From Abditibacterium sp. (GTDB taxonomy: Bacteria > Armatimonadota > Abditibacteriia > Abditibacteriales > Abditibacteriaceae), in NCBI GenBank assembly GCA_965246885.1, contig OZ251992.1, positions 64,001 to 128,000 of the forward strand: a DNA stretch of 64,000 bases. The letters are read 5' to 3'. This document shows, one piece after another, positions 9,095 through 18,652 of the stretch (position 1 is the first letter of the stretch; every line of letters begins with the position of its first letter). The notes under the pieces are model-generated. The model saw only the letters and a list, made by a program, of their open reading frames with translations. It was not told the DNA's origin and searched no databases. The translations under genes were made by a program, and so were the position numbers.

Positions 9095-11488
9095 CTATTT
9101 CACCTCGATATCGAACTCGACCACGCGCTTTAGCCCTTGCGCGTCCTCGACGGCGAGGGTCAGGCGCGCTTTGCCGGTTTGTCCGGGCGCGGGAGACAGC
9201 GAGATTTGGCGGGTGCAGGGCAGTCCCCACCGCTCGAAGTGGCCGCTCTCGACCTTGATGCTCGCGGCGGGGAACAAAGTGGGGTTGTCGGACGTGGCGC
9301 TTACGCGCAGCGCGTCCGGCGGGGTGCTGTCGTCGGCGACGTTAAAACTGCTCTTCCAGAGTTCCCCGACTTTGAGGTGTTCGCCATAGGACGTGAAGTC
9401 AGTGGTGGGCAGGGCGTTGGCGATGCCGCTCCCGTCGGCGTTCGTGATTTTAAGCGAGTTGAGGTTGTAGGGCCGCTCGTCGGGCACGGTGAGAGTGAGG
9501 GTGTTCAAACCCGCCGCGAGCGCAAGCAGGGCGGGCGCGGAATCGGCGAAAGTGTTCTCGTTGGCGGTTGCGGGCACGTTCACAGTCTGAAGCGGCCCGT
9601 CGTTGACGGAAAACCCGATGGTTTTCGGCGCGTTCTTGAGCGTCGCGGCGCTGATTTGCAGCCGATAATTCCCGGCGCGCGGCGCGCGCAGCAGGTAATC
9701 GAGTTGCGCGCCTTTCGAGAAGTAACCGAGGAAAGCCACGCGCTCCAAAGGCTTTGGGCGTCCGGGATAGATGCGGGCGTCCACCTCGCCGGGCACGGCT
9801 TGGCCGATGGCAAGCGGGGCGCGCGGCATTTGGCGGGCGGCGTCGAAGCCCAGTTCCTTGGGCTGCGCCAAGTCGCGCAGGTTGTCGGTGATGCTCCATG
9901 TGCCGTAGGGCGACTCGAACTTGCCCGCGCCAATGACGAACCAGTTGAATTGGTCGCCGCCTTTGGAACTCCACATTCGCAGATAATCCACCATGATGTC
10001 CTTCATGCGTGGGTCGAGCGAGGCGGCTTTCTTGGCGGCGATGTTGTTCGCGCCAAAAGTGTCGGGGCCGCCCTCGTAAGCCGCCATTTTTAAGCCGTAT
10101 TTGGTGGCGAGGGTGGCGATTTCGTCCAACGTGGTGCCGGTTTTGTAGTGGTCCACCGAGGCTTGCAGCGCGTTCAACACGTCGTCTTTGCGCAGGTCTG
10201 TGCGCGCGTCGGCGCCTTGGCCGTTGCCGCACGCGAAGTAGGGCGCGACCGCGAGCGCGGCAAAGTAGCTGCTCGGCGGGCCGTAGTTCTTGCGAATATA
10301 GGCCAACTGGTTGGCGAAACGGTAGGGCACCAACTGATACGCCAAAACGGGCTTGACGCGCGCCCCAAACGAGCCGGGGCCAAACGCCCGGACGAACATC
10401 TGACCGACTTCGAGTGCCCGTCGCGCGTAGCGGCGGTCGCCCACCGTAACATCGCCTTTGTCGCCGTCGTAAGCGAGGTTTGAGTTGCCCTGCCCTTTAA
10501 CTTCCTCGACCGCCGCGTCGCGGTTCATTCCCGCTTGCAAGAAGCTGTCGTTCCACACCTCGTTCGAGTATTCGACCCACACCCGGAGACCCGGCTTAAG
10601 CTGCGCTTTCACGAGGGCCGCGAGGTGTTGAACGTAATCATCGGATGCCATGACCGGCACGTTGAGCCAGAGGTCGCAGTTCGTTTGGTTGGCGAGGGCG
10701 ACGCAGTATTCCCAGCAGATGCCCTTTTGGTTCTCGAAAAGGTGCGGTTCCTTGTCCCAGTTGACCTTGATCCGTTGGGAGATGCGCGCGGTCTGCGTGG
10801 CGTCGGTGGGGAGGGAGCGATCCGCCCACTCGCGTTCGAGGTTGCCGTTGGTGGCGTGCCAGTCCATGAAACGCAGCACGTTCGGGCGGCGCGCTTTGAT
10901 GAGCGCGAGATACTCTTCCGAGAAAAGCGGCGGATGGAGCGCGTCGTAGCCGGGGCGAATGACGCGCAGTTGCTTGACCTGCCCTTGCGTCGCGTGAAAA
11001 TCGAGGCGAAAGAACGTCACGCCATCGGGCACGACAACCTCGTAGCTGTTGGTGCCCGTCGCGGCGTCGAAAGAAGGTTTCCCAACGGTGCTGGAACTGC
11101 CGAACACCGTCAGTCGCGTCGTTCTTGGCCCAACGAACGAGACGTGGTATACACCGGGCGTAATGGCTGCCCCGTTGTCGGACAGAATGACGAAGAAATC
11201 CTCCGTCGGCCAGCCGCTTCCGTCGGTTTTGGGCGCTGGCTCGCCCGAAGCGAAAGTCTGAAAGCCGCGCGTGGTCTTCACCATGTCGGCGAAGGCTTCG
11301 TCGCGCACCCAATCAATCTCGCCGTTGAGTCCGGCGCCCAGTGGAAGGGTCGGTGCCCCTGCCAACTGGGGCGCCGCCGTGAGCTTGGGCGCCGCGTGAG
11401 CGCATCCGGCGCCCAGAGGCAGGAGCCACAGGGACAACACGAGCAACCGGAACGACGCGGTGCGTCGTAGTTTAAAAGGTGTGGGCAT
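9095..11488 (-). CDS. Secreted putative glycoside hydrolase (clan GH-A-like) with CBM-like and Ig-like C-terminal domains
   Basis: Signal peptide; LRFMDW, VEYSNEVWN and AYEGG motifs; AGNYRL...AAGLNTLTL CBM6/35-like segment; TSDNPTLFP Ig-like tail. Confidence 0.65.
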   Translation of the reverse strand: MPTPFKLRRTASFRLLVLSLWLLPLGAGCAHAAPKLTAAPQLAGAPTLPLGAGLNGEIDWVRDEAFADMVKTTRGFQTFASGEPAPKTDGSGWPTEDFFVILSDNGAAITPGVYHVSFVGPRTTRLTVFGSSSTVGKPSFDAATGTNSYEVVVPDGVTFFRLDFHATQGQVKQLRVIRPGYDALHPPLFSEEYLALIKARRPNVLRFMDWHATNGNLEREWADRSLPTDATQTARISQRIKVNWDKEPHLFENQKGICWEYCVALANQTNCDLWLNVPVMASDDYVQHLAALVKAQLKPGLRVWVEYSNEVWNDSFLQAGMNRDAAVEEVKGQGNSNLAYDGDKGDVTVGDRRYARRALEVGQMFVRAFGPGSFGARVKPVLAYQLVPYRFANQLAYIRKNYGPPSSYFAALAVAPYFACGNGQGADARTDLRKDDVLNALQASVDHYKTGTTLDEIATLATKYGLKMAAYEGGPDTFGANNIAAKKAASLDPRMKDIMVDYLRMWSSKGGDQFNWFVIGAGKFESPYGTWSITDNLRDLAQPKELGFDAARQMPRAPLAIGQAVPGEVDARIYPGRPKPLERVAFLGYFSKGAQLDYLLRAPRAGNYRLQISAATLKNAPKTIGFSVNDGPLQTVNVPATANENTFADSAPALLALAAGLNTLTLTVPDERPYNLNSLKITNADGSGIANALPTTDFTSYGEHLKVGELWKSSFNVADDSTPPDALRVSATSDNPTLFPAASIKVESGHFERWGLPCTRQISLSPAPGQTGKARLTLAVEDAQGLKRVVEFDIEVK

Positions 11489-11532
11489 GAGAGGGGGGAA
11501 AGAAACTTCGTCGAAGGCGTGTGTCACAAACA

Positions 11533-11562
11533 AACAGCCCGCAACACGTGTTGCGGGCTGTT
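11533..11562 (-). terminator. Perfect 30-bp palindrome, probable terminator or stabilising hairpin after the DUF1559 gene
   Basis: AACAGCCCGCAACAC|GTGTTGCGGGCTGTT, followed by a T-rich tract on the minus strand. Confidence 0.7.
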
Positions 11563-11573
11563 GGAAACGGGAC

Positions 11574-12344
11574 TTAGTTCATGCCCTGTTGCAGCACGCC
11601 CAAGCGGTCGAGCAACGGTTGCGGCGCGGAGCCGGAAGCGGTGTTTCCAAACGCTGTGGTGTTGGATATATTCCACAAGTTGAGCGGCGTGCCGGTGGCA
11701 AGAGGTTTGAGCGCCTTGACGTGGCCATCGGCGAACAAGTAGTTGCTGGTGCCTAAGTGGTTTTGCAAACGCAGGCTGGCGACATCAGTTACACCCTCAC
11801 CTTGGTTGGCGTAGTCGCTAACGCTGTTGGTCTCGTAGACCATGATAGTTGTCGCGGAGTTATTTAGCTCAGATAATGCGCATAAATACTCTGAGGTCGC
11901 ATAGTAACCACCAAAGATGAGCTTGCCTCCATAAGAGTTAGTCGCGTCGTGTTCGGTGTTGTACTCGCCGGAGACGACTTGGTAAGAAACGGGAATGGTG
12001 TTGTTCGTGTTTCTCATAAAGTCGTTGGAACTGTTCGATGGGCACTTGAACAATTGTGTGCTTTTGACGTAAGGTTGAATTACGAACGCCCAAGCCGCAT
12101 CTTTGGTGGGGGTGATGGGAATGGCGATCTTCGGGAACCGCTCGTCGTAGTCCTGCGTGTATTGCATGATGCCCAAGCCGATTTGCTTGAGATTGCTTTG
12201 GCAGGAGGCGCGGCGCGCATTTTCGCGGGCGCGGGCGAAAGCGGGGAACAAGATAGCTGCCAAAATTGCGATAATGGCGATAACTACGAGCAATTCTATG
12301 AGCGTGAACGCGAAGCGGCGGCTCTGGTTTGTGTGGAAACGCAT
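11574..12344 (-). CDS. DUF1559 prepilin-type N-terminal cleavage/methylation and H-X9-DG protein
   Basis: [43 protein letters not shown]...CPS...[13 protein letters not shown]. Confidence 0.92.
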   Translation of the reverse strand: MRFHTNQSRRFAFTLIELLVVIAIIAILAAILFPAFARARENARRASCQSNLKQIGLGIMQYTQDYDERFPKIAIPITPTKDAAWAFVIQPYVKSTQLFKCPSNSSNDFMRNTNNTIPVSYQVVSGEYNTEHDATNSYGGKLIFGGYYATSEYLCALSELNNSATTIMVYETNSVSDYANQGEGVTDVASLRLQNHLGTSNYLFADGHVKALKPLATGTPLNLWNISNTTAFGNTASGSAPQPLLDRLGVLQQGMN

Positions 12345-12380
12345 GGTGGTTTGATGGAAGTGACTCCTGGAAGGAGCCGG

Positions 12381-13529
12381 TTAAGCTTCTCGCACCTGCG
12401 GTGCGAGAAGGACGTGTGAGACGGCGACAGGCTCGCCGGAAAGCGCGGTTTCGACCGACTCGAACAGCGAGTCCACGAGCGCGCCGGGGTCAATTTGTAA
12501 GGCCACAAACTCTTCTTCGTGGCCCAAAAGCGCGGGCGAACCCGCGTTGCAGTGCGAGGCGAGCAACACATCGGCGGGCCGCTCGCATCCGGCCTTCAGG
12601 CCGAGTTTGTGCCATGCCGACAGCGCGCCGCGCGTCATCAAGTCGTCCACGACCAGCACAGCGTCGGGCGGATTGGGCGCGCCGAACACTTCGAGCGCCA
12701 AACGGTAGCCCTGCTCCTGATGCGACTCGCGCTCGAAATCGCCGGGGGCTTTCAAGCGGCGGTTCAGGTCGTGGACAAGCGACGCCTCGAACTCTAAACC
12801 GTGCGCCCGCACACAAGTGGCGAAGGTCGTTTCGTGGGCATCGCGCTCGGCATTGGCTTCGTCCGGGGCAATGTAAAGCGGGCGATACGGCGTGACGGGC
12901 CGCCACATCGCTATGCGCCGCGCGCCGCGCCGCGCCAACTCCGCGACTCCCAAAGACAGCATGGCGTCCAAGTCAATCCCGACCGTGACGCGCCCCATGC
13001 CCGCGAAGGACACAAAGACGGCGCCTTGGCTTTCCAGACTTCGGACGGCGGCAGGGCCAAGACCGACGCCGATCACGCCGTCTATTCGTCCGCGCTCGAT
13101 GTCGAGCAACAGCGCCGCATCGAGTGGCGCGTTGACATCTTCGGGCGCGAACTGCAAACGCAACTCTTCGCCATGCTCCGCCGCGCGCCCTTTGGCCGCT
13201 TCGAGCAGCAAATCCCAGAACGGCGACGTGCCCGCCCCGCGAAAGTGCGCCGGATGGCACACCAACGCGAGGGTGCGCGTCGTTTTAGCGACGAACAAAC
13301 CCACGCCATGCTGCCGCCGGATGATTCCATTCGCTTCCAGTTCGCCGAGCGCCGCGTTGAGCGTGGTCAGGCTCACGTTTAGCTCGTCGCGTAGCTGTGT
13401 CACGCGCGGCAACTTCGCGCCCGTCCCCAACGCCCGCGCCATTTCCGCCACGCGCGCGCACGTCTCGTGAACCCGCTTGGGTGCGCGCGGCGTCGGGGCA
13501 ACTGGCGAAGAAAGAGAAGGCTGTCTCAT
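12381..13529 (-). CDS. GntR-HTH / LacI-type sugar-sensing transcriptional regulator
   Basis: GAKLP...LNVSLTTLNAALGELEANGIIRRQHGVGLFV HTH, then a periplasmic-binding-protein-like domain (PDAVLVVDD). Confidence 0.85.
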   Translation of the reverse strand: MRQPSLSSPVAPTPRAPKRVHETCARVAEMARALGTGAKLPRVTQLRDELNVSLTTLNAALGELEANGIIRRQHGVGLFVAKTTRTLALVCHPAHFRGAGTSPFWDLLLEAAKGRAAEHGEELRLQFAPEDVNAPLDAALLLDIERGRIDGVIGVGLGPAAVRSLESQGAVFVSFAGMGRVTVGIDLDAMLSLGVAELARRGARRIAMWRPVTPYRPLYIAPDEANAERDAHETTFATCVRAHGLEFEASLVHDLNRRLKAPGDFERESHQEQGYRLALEVFGAPNPPDAVLVVDDLMTRGALSAWHKLGLKAGCERPADVLLASHCNAGSPALLGHEEEFVALQIDPGALVDSLFESVETALSGEPVAVSHVLLAPQVREA

Positions 13530-13553
13530 CGGAACTCTGAGCGGAACACTTCG

Positions 13554-13583
13554 ATTATACCCACTTCGCGCCCCGCTCTAACA
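13554..13583 (-). promoter_or_regulatory. Promoter-like motif TGTTAGAG-N16-TATAAT, copy 1
   Basis: Minus strand TGTTAGAG cggggcgcgaagtggg TATAAT, 24 nt upstream of the regulator ATG; same geometry as three other copies. Confidence 0.7.
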
Positions 13584-13680
13584 CCTTGGGAGAAAATTTT
13601 TTTGGGGCGCCCGTCGGCAGACTCCGTTTAGGCCGCGACCGCCTGCCGCCTGCCGCCAAATGCCCTTCCAGACGCGGCCA

Positions 13681-13790
13681 ACTCCTTTCCGCCGCCATTC
13701 GCCACCATCGGCGGCACGGTGGCGCACCTCCGCCGCCGCGCCACAGACCTCCGCCGCCGCGCCACAGACGTCGGCCATTGCGTCGCCGAC
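13681..13790. repeat. 21-bp-period degenerate tandem array A
   Basis: Units cgcacctccgccgccgcgcca / cagacctccgccgccgcgcca / cagacgtcggccattgcgtcg at 13723, 13744 and 13765, with degenerate flanks. Confidence 0.65.
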
Positions 13791-13809
13791 CGCGCACACT
13801 GAGCGGCGC

Positions 13810-14431
13810 ATGAACAACACCAACTCTTCGGCGGGGGTTTCCAAGGCGCGCTTTGAAGCGTTTTCCGATGGCGTGTTCGCTATTGTGATTACGCTGCTGG
13901 TGTTGGAGTTGCGCGTGGCGGAGCATCTGTCACCCGAAGAACTCAGGCGCGCGCTTTTGGAGCAACTGCCACGACTGGGGGCGTATGTGCTCACTTTTTT
14001 GTCGGTGGGCGTCTTCTGGGTGGCGCACCACCTCATGCTGGGCGCGGCGGCGCGCGTTGGCCGCGTGCTGTTGTGGATAAACAACTTCTTTTTGATGCTC
14101 GTGGCGCTCCTTCCCTTCGCGGCGGGGGTGCTGGGGCGGCTACCCGTCTTCGCGCGAGGCGGTCGCGTTGTATGGCGGCAACATGGTGCTGGTCGAGGTG
14201 TTTCTCATTTGGATATGGGCGCACATTACGCGCCACCTCAAGCGTCCCGACACGCCGGGGTCGCTTGTCCAGTCGGGCTTTGCGCGCACTTTTGCGGGCT
14301 TGGGCATCTACGCGACGGGCGCCCTGTTAGGGATTGGAGGGCTGTCGATTGCGGGCATCGCCTTGTTCTGGGCGGCGCCATTATCGTATGTTTATTTGCA
14401 AGCGGTCGTTGACCACGCAGCGCACTCATGA
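13810..14431 (+). pseudogene. TMEM175 (DUF1211) family channel, frameshifted
   Basis: RFEAFSDGVFAIVITLLVL and FWVAHH motifs; removing one G from GGGG at 14133-14136 restores LGGYPSSREAVALYG and joins ORF 14168..14431. Confidence 0.75.
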
Positions 14432-14841
14432 AAATCACTTTGCCCCTCCTTGTCCACGCTTTTGAGACCGATTTTGGCGGCGTGGTGTCGAACACGCGCT
14501 TTTTGGAGTGGTTCGAGCGCGGGCGCTACGCCCTGCTCCACGCGGCGGGGTTGCCCGTCGAAGCGACGTGGGCATCCGAGGGCGTCATGGCCGTCGTGCG
14601 CCGCGTCGAAGTGGATTATCTGCTTTTCGCGCGGCACGAGGACGCCTTGCTCCTGACTTCGCGCGTCGGGGAGTGGAAGGGCGCGACGGCAACCGTCGAA
14701 CACGAGATCACCCGCCCCGCCGACGGCGCGACAATCGCGCGGGCAAAGCAAACCATCGCCTTCTTGAACCGCGCATGGAAGCCCACGCGCGTGCCCGCTT
14801 CGTATCGGGAGAAACTGGGGGATAATGCAGACGGCGAATAA
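14428..14841 (+). CDS. Acyl-CoA thioesterase (4HBT/YbgC-like hotdog fold)
   Basis: ETDFGGVVSNTRFLEWFERGR motif. Confidence 0.85.
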   Translation: MKITLPLLVHAFETDFGGVVSNTRFLEWFERGRYALLHAAGLPVEATWASEGVMAVVRRVEVDYLLFARHEDALLLTSRVGEWKGATATVEHEITRPADGATIARAKQTIAFLNRAWKPTRVPASYREKLGDNADGE

Positions 14842-15922
14842 ATTCGCAGCCAGCAGATATGTCGGCCTTCGCCGACATAAAGGCAACACGTCAACGAAGG
14901 TTGACGCTTTCGCTGGCTGCGAATTTATTCGCTTGGCCTTTGCAGTTTCAGTCCTCCTTTTCTCCGGTTGCACCCGCACCTCGGCGCCGCCTGCGCCGGA
15001 TAACCGTGTCACCCTGTACTGCTCGGTTGACGAAGAGTTCGCGCGTCCATTAGTGAAGCGGCTGGAAGCGCAGACGGGGCTTCAGATAGCCGTCCTCTAC
15101 GACACGGAGGCGACGAAAACGGCGGGGCTGGCGAACCGCATCCGCGCCGAGCGTCACCGTCCGCGCTGCGACGTGTATTGGGCCTCGGCGCTGTTGCAAA
15201 CGCTGCTGTTGTCGGACGACCACCTGCTCGCGCCGTATGACAGCCCCAAGCGCGCCGACTTGCCCGCGCGCTTTCGGGGGAAGGACTGGACGGGTGTGGG
15301 CGTGCGCGGGCGGTTGCTACTGGGTTCGTCTCCGGCGTGGGCGGCGCCGACGTTGCGCTTTGTGCCGGGCAAGCCCGCCAATTTCGCGCTGTCCAATCCG
15401 GCGTTTGGCACCGCAAGCGACTGGGCAACCGCTTACGCGACGCGAGCGGGCGACGGCGCGACGCGCGCATACTTCTCCGACCTCAAGCGGGAAGGCGCGC
15501 GCGTGTTACCCGGCAACGGCGATGTGGCGCGCGAGGTCGCGCAGGGGAATCTCGCCTTCGGCTGGGCGGACACGGACGACTACCTGAACCAAAAGCGCGA
15601 ACGGAAGCCCCTCTTCCCCGCCCGCCCGCTACGCGACAACGTCCTCGTTCCCGGCGCGGTATCGCTCGTGGCGGGGGCGCCGCACGCGGCGAACGCGCGC
15701 AAGCTGCTCGATGCCCTCGTATCCAAGAGCGGCGAAGCGGCGCTGGTGGCGGGGATGCCGGGGGTGTTTTCGTTGCGCGGGTTGGGTCTGCGCGCGAACT
15801 GGCGGTCGGGCGGCGAGGATTTCTCTTTCCTCCAAAGCGCGCCCGCCGATGATTACACGCGCTGGCCCGCGCGTTGGAAGGCGATACGCGCCCCGCTCGC
15901 GCGCCTGTTGGCGACGGGGTAA
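14825..15922 (+). CDS. Extracellular solute-binding lipoprotein (Fe3+/family 1-like); start uncertain
   Basis: Lipobox LLFSGC, VTLYCSVDEEFA, YDTEATKTAGL, ADTDD; alternative in-frame TTG at 14933. Confidence 0.8.
   Translation: MQTANKFAASRYVGLRRHKGNTSTKVDAFAGCEFIRLAFAVSVLLFSGCTRTSAPPAPDNRVTLYCSVDEEFARPLVKRLEAQTGLQIAVLYDTEATKTAGLANRIRAERHRPRCDVYWASALLQTLLLSDDHLLAPYDSPKRADLPARFRGKDWTGVGVRGRLLLGSSPAWAAPTLRFVPGKPANFALSNPAFGTASDWATAYATRAGDGATRAYFSDLKREGARVLPGNGDVAREVAQGNLAFGWADTDDYLNQKRERKPLFPARPLRDNVLVPGAVSLVAGAPHAANARKLLDALVSKSGEAALVAGMPGVFSLRGLGLRANWRSGGEDFSFLQSAPADDYTRWPARWKAIRAPLARLLATG
14834..14932. repeat. REPIN-like inverted doublet, family 1 copy R1
   Basis: GCGAATAAATTCGCAGCCAGC...GTCGGCCTTCGCCGAC...GTCAACGAAGGTTGAC...GCTGGCTGCGAATTTATTCGC. 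Confidence 0.85.
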
Positions 15923-15924
15923 GA

Positions 15925-16019
15925 GCGAATGAATTCGCAGCCAGCGAGATTGTCGGCCTTCGCTGACATGGAGCAGCACGTCAACGAAGGCCAACGTTTT
16001 CGCTGGCTGCGAATTCATT
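15925..16019. repeat. REPIN-like inverted doublet, family 1 copy R2
   Basis: GCGAATGAATTCGCAGCCAGCG...GTCGGCCTTCGCTGAC...GTCAACGAAGGCCAAC...CGCTGGCTGCGAATTCATT. Confidence 0.85.
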
Positions 16020-16076
16020 TCCTCGCCACTCAACAACCGCGCCCGCGCCGGATGATCTAAGCTCTTTTGCACCAGA

Positions 16077-17111
16077 ATGAACACGCGTCTCTTCTTCCTC
16101 GCGGCCTTGGCCGTTTCGCCCCTTGGCTTTGCCGCCGCGCAACCGGCACAACTCGCCGCTTCTCCGTTGTGCGTCAACGGCCAGTGCGCGCCGGTTATCT
16201 CCGAGACCACCTACTTCGGGCGCGCAGCGTATCGCTTGACCGATGGCAAGACCGAAGCGGTCGTCGTGCCCACGTTGGGGCGCGTCATGCGTTATGGGCG
16301 CGTCGGTGGCGCCAATCTGTTGTGGAACGCGCCGACGCCCAAGGGCCTTGATGTGGGCGGCTGGAAGAATTATGGCGGCGACAAAACATGGCTGTCGCCG
16401 CAGTCGAGTTGGGGCGTCATGCACGGCAAAGGCTGGCCACCCGACGCCGCCTTCGACGGCACGCCGCAACGCGCCGACGTGCTGACGGGCGGCAAGTTGC
16501 GCATGGTGTCCAGCCTGTCCCCCGGCTTGGGCATCTACTTAGTGCGCGTGTTTTCCTTCAACAGCGCGGGCGAGTTCGTTATCCAACAAAGCGCGGTCAA
16601 AACGGCGGGCGCGCCGGTGCGTGTCGGCTTGTGGAGCATCTCGCAAAGCGTTCCCGGCGCGTGCGTGTTCCTGCCCGTCGAGCCTGATTCGGCCTATAAG
16701 GGCGGCGCCTTCTATTTCAACGGGCAACACCCCGTGCTACAACCAGCTTCAATCGTTGGAGAGATGTTGCGGGTGCAACCGCAACCCGTCAACGGCGGTG
16801 TCAAGTTCGGCGTGGACGCGCCCGTGTCGGCGCTCGCGTCGGTGCGAAACGGCCTCGCATGGGTGCAAAAAAGCGCCAAACCCAAAGGAGATTACCCCGA
16901 CGGCGCGGCGGGATACGGCTTCCCCGTCGAGCTTTATATCAACGGCGACGCGAAGGCGTTCTACGCCGAACTGGAATTGCTCGGACCGCTCGTGAACATG
17001 TCCAAAGGCCAAAGCCAAACCCATACGGTGCGCTGGAGCCTGCACGACCTGCCCACCAAAGACGCCGCCGACGCGCAAACCCTCGCCGCCGTCGCCACTC
17101 TTCTCAGGTAG
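16077..17111 (+). CDS. Secreted hypothetical protein (DUF4380 / mutarotase-like beta-sandwich)
   Basis: Signal peptide; GRVMRYG..GGANLLW, WKNYGGDKTWLSPQ, YAELELLGP. Confidence 0.6.
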   Translation: MNTRLFFLAALAVSPLGFAAAQPAQLAASPLCVNGQCAPVISETTYFGRAAYRLTDGKTEAVVVPTLGRVMRYGRVGGANLLWNAPTPKGLDVGGWKNYGGDKTWLSPQSSWGVMHGKGWPPDAAFDGTPQRADVLTGGKLRMVSSLSPGLGIYLVRVFSFNSAGEFVIQQSAVKTAGAPVRVGLWSISQSVPGACVFLPVEPDSAYKGGAFYFNGQHPVLQPASIVGEMLRVQPQPVNGGVKFGVDAPVSALASVRNGLAWVQKSAKPKGDYPDGAAGYGFPVELYINGDAKAFYAELELLGPLVNMSKGQSQTHTVRWSLHDLPTKDAADAQTLAAVATLLR

Positions 17112-17122
17112 CGCGTCCCAAC

Positions 17123-17653
17123 TTACGCCGCCGCGCCGCGTCCGCGCCACCAGAGGCCGAGCGCGACCAGAAAGTTAATCCCTGACAAGACGTGCGTCGT
17201 CGCGCACACCGGACAAAAGTGCTTGAGGACGCCCAGCGAAATATACGCCAGCACCACCGAACTGGCCAACCCCACCGAAGCGAGCAAGAGCCTTTGCAGC
17301 GCGGCGGCGCGCATTGATGCGCCCCGGCTGGAAATGGCCGTGATAAACACGAGCGCCCAAAACAGCACTCCGTAAGCGCCGAGCGGGATCCCGAACACTT
17401 GGCCGTATTGCGAGCCGATCACCTTGTCGCAGGAAATGGTTTCCGAAATGCCGCACCCCGTCTCCTCGCCCGCTTTGATGAGCAGGTGAACGTGGATGGC
17501 CCACGCGCTCGCCGCCAACCCGCACGCCGCAAGCGCGACATGGGGCCACGCCACGACAACACCCGCGCGCGGAGCGGAGGACACGGGCGCAAGGGGCGCG
17601 GAAGCAGTAGGAGAATCGGGCGAACCCGGACGCGGCGAAAGGTTGGCGGCCAT
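17123..17653 (-). CDS. Vitamin K epoxide reductase (VKOR) family protein
   Basis: CGISETISCDKVIGSQYG and FCPVC motifs with TM helices. Confidence 0.88.
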   Translation of the reverse strand: MAANLSPRPGSPDSPTASAPLAPVSSAPRAGVVVAWPHVALAACGLAASAWAIHVHLLIKAGEETGCGISETISCDKVIGSQYGQVFGIPLGAYGVLFWALVFITAISSRGASMRAAALQRLLLASVGLASSVVLAYISLGVLKHFCPVCATTHVLSGINFLVALGLWWRGRGAAA

Positions 17654-17744
17654 ACCGGGGAGTTTAGAAAGCCGACGCGCGGGGAAGAGAGGAGTTTGGT
17701 GAGGAGTGCTTTTCACCGGCGCCATACGGTAAACCAAAGGGGCC

Positions 17745-18536
17745 ATGCTGCTTCGTCGCTCTTCCGTCCGTGCCGCTTCGAGGCCGCTTTACGACTTCCT
17801 CCAGTTCTTCGGGCAACTCGCCTCGCTCGCCCTTGAAACCGGCTGGTGCATCGTGCGCGGGCGCGTTGATGTGAAGGCGACCATCCGCCAAATGGCCGAG
17901 GTGGGCGTCGGCTCCTTGCTGGTCGCCCTCATCACCGTTGGGTTTTCCGGCGCGGTGACGGCGCTTTACCTCGCGGCGCAACTGACGCGCTACGGGCAGG
18001 GCGGCTACACCGGCGCGCTCGTGGGCAAGTCGCTCGCGCTCGAAATCACGCCCGTGATTACGTCCATCGTCGTCGCGGCGCGCTCCGGCAGCGCAATGGC
18101 GGCGGAGTTGGGTTCCATGACCGTGACCGAACAAGTGGACGCCCTCAAAACGATGGCCACCCCGCCCGTCGAATACCTCGTCGTGCCGCGCGTGGTCGGC
18201 ACCGTGTTGATGATGCCCATCGTCGCCGTCCTTGCCAACCTCGCGGGGTTGTATGGCGCCAGCCTGACCGCCGCGCTGGGCGGCGTGTCGCACACCATGT
18301 TTTGGCACTCCTTCCAGAACATGGAAGTCTCCGACATGATCAACGGCCTGCTCAAAGTGATTCCCTTTGGCGCCCTTATCGCCTTGATTGGATGCCGCCA
18401 AGGGTTGACTACCAGCGGCGGCGCGCAAGGCGTGGGCCGCGCAACGACCAGCGCCGTCGTGTTCGGCTCCATCGCCATCTACGTCGTGGACTTCTTTATC
18501 TCGCTCCTGCTCCAAGACGCCGCCAAGTGGCGGTAG
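17745..18536 (+). CDS. mlaE: MlaE family ABC permease
   Basis: ARSGSAMAAELGSMTVTEQVDALKTM, GGAQGVGRATTSAVV. Confidence 0.92.
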   Translation: MLLRRSSVRAASRPLYDFLQFFGQLASLALETGWCIVRGRVDVKATIRQMAEVGVGSLLVALITVGFSGAVTALYLAAQLTRYGQGGYTGALVGKSLALEITPVITSIVVAARSGSAMAAELGSMTVTEQVDALKTMATPPVEYLVVPRVVGTVLMMPIVAVLANLAGLYGASLTAALGGVSHTMFWHSFQNMEVSDMINGLLKVIPFGALIALIGCRQGLTTSGGAQGVGRATTSAVVFGSIAIYVVDFFISLLLQDAAKWR

Positions 18537-18540
18537 GCGT

Positions 18541-18645
18541 AGCGACTGAAGTCGCAGCCAGCGGAGTCGTCGGCCTTCGCCGACGTAGAACCTGCCACCT
18601 CGTCGGCGAAGGCCGACGACTCCGCTGGCTGCGACTTCAGTCGCT
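18541..18645. repeat. REPIN-like inverted doublet, family 1 copy R3 (perfect 45-bp inverted repeat)
   Basis: 18541-18585 is the exact reverse complement of 18601-18645; lies between convergent genes. Confidence 0.92.
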
Positions 18646-18652
18646 TCTCCAC

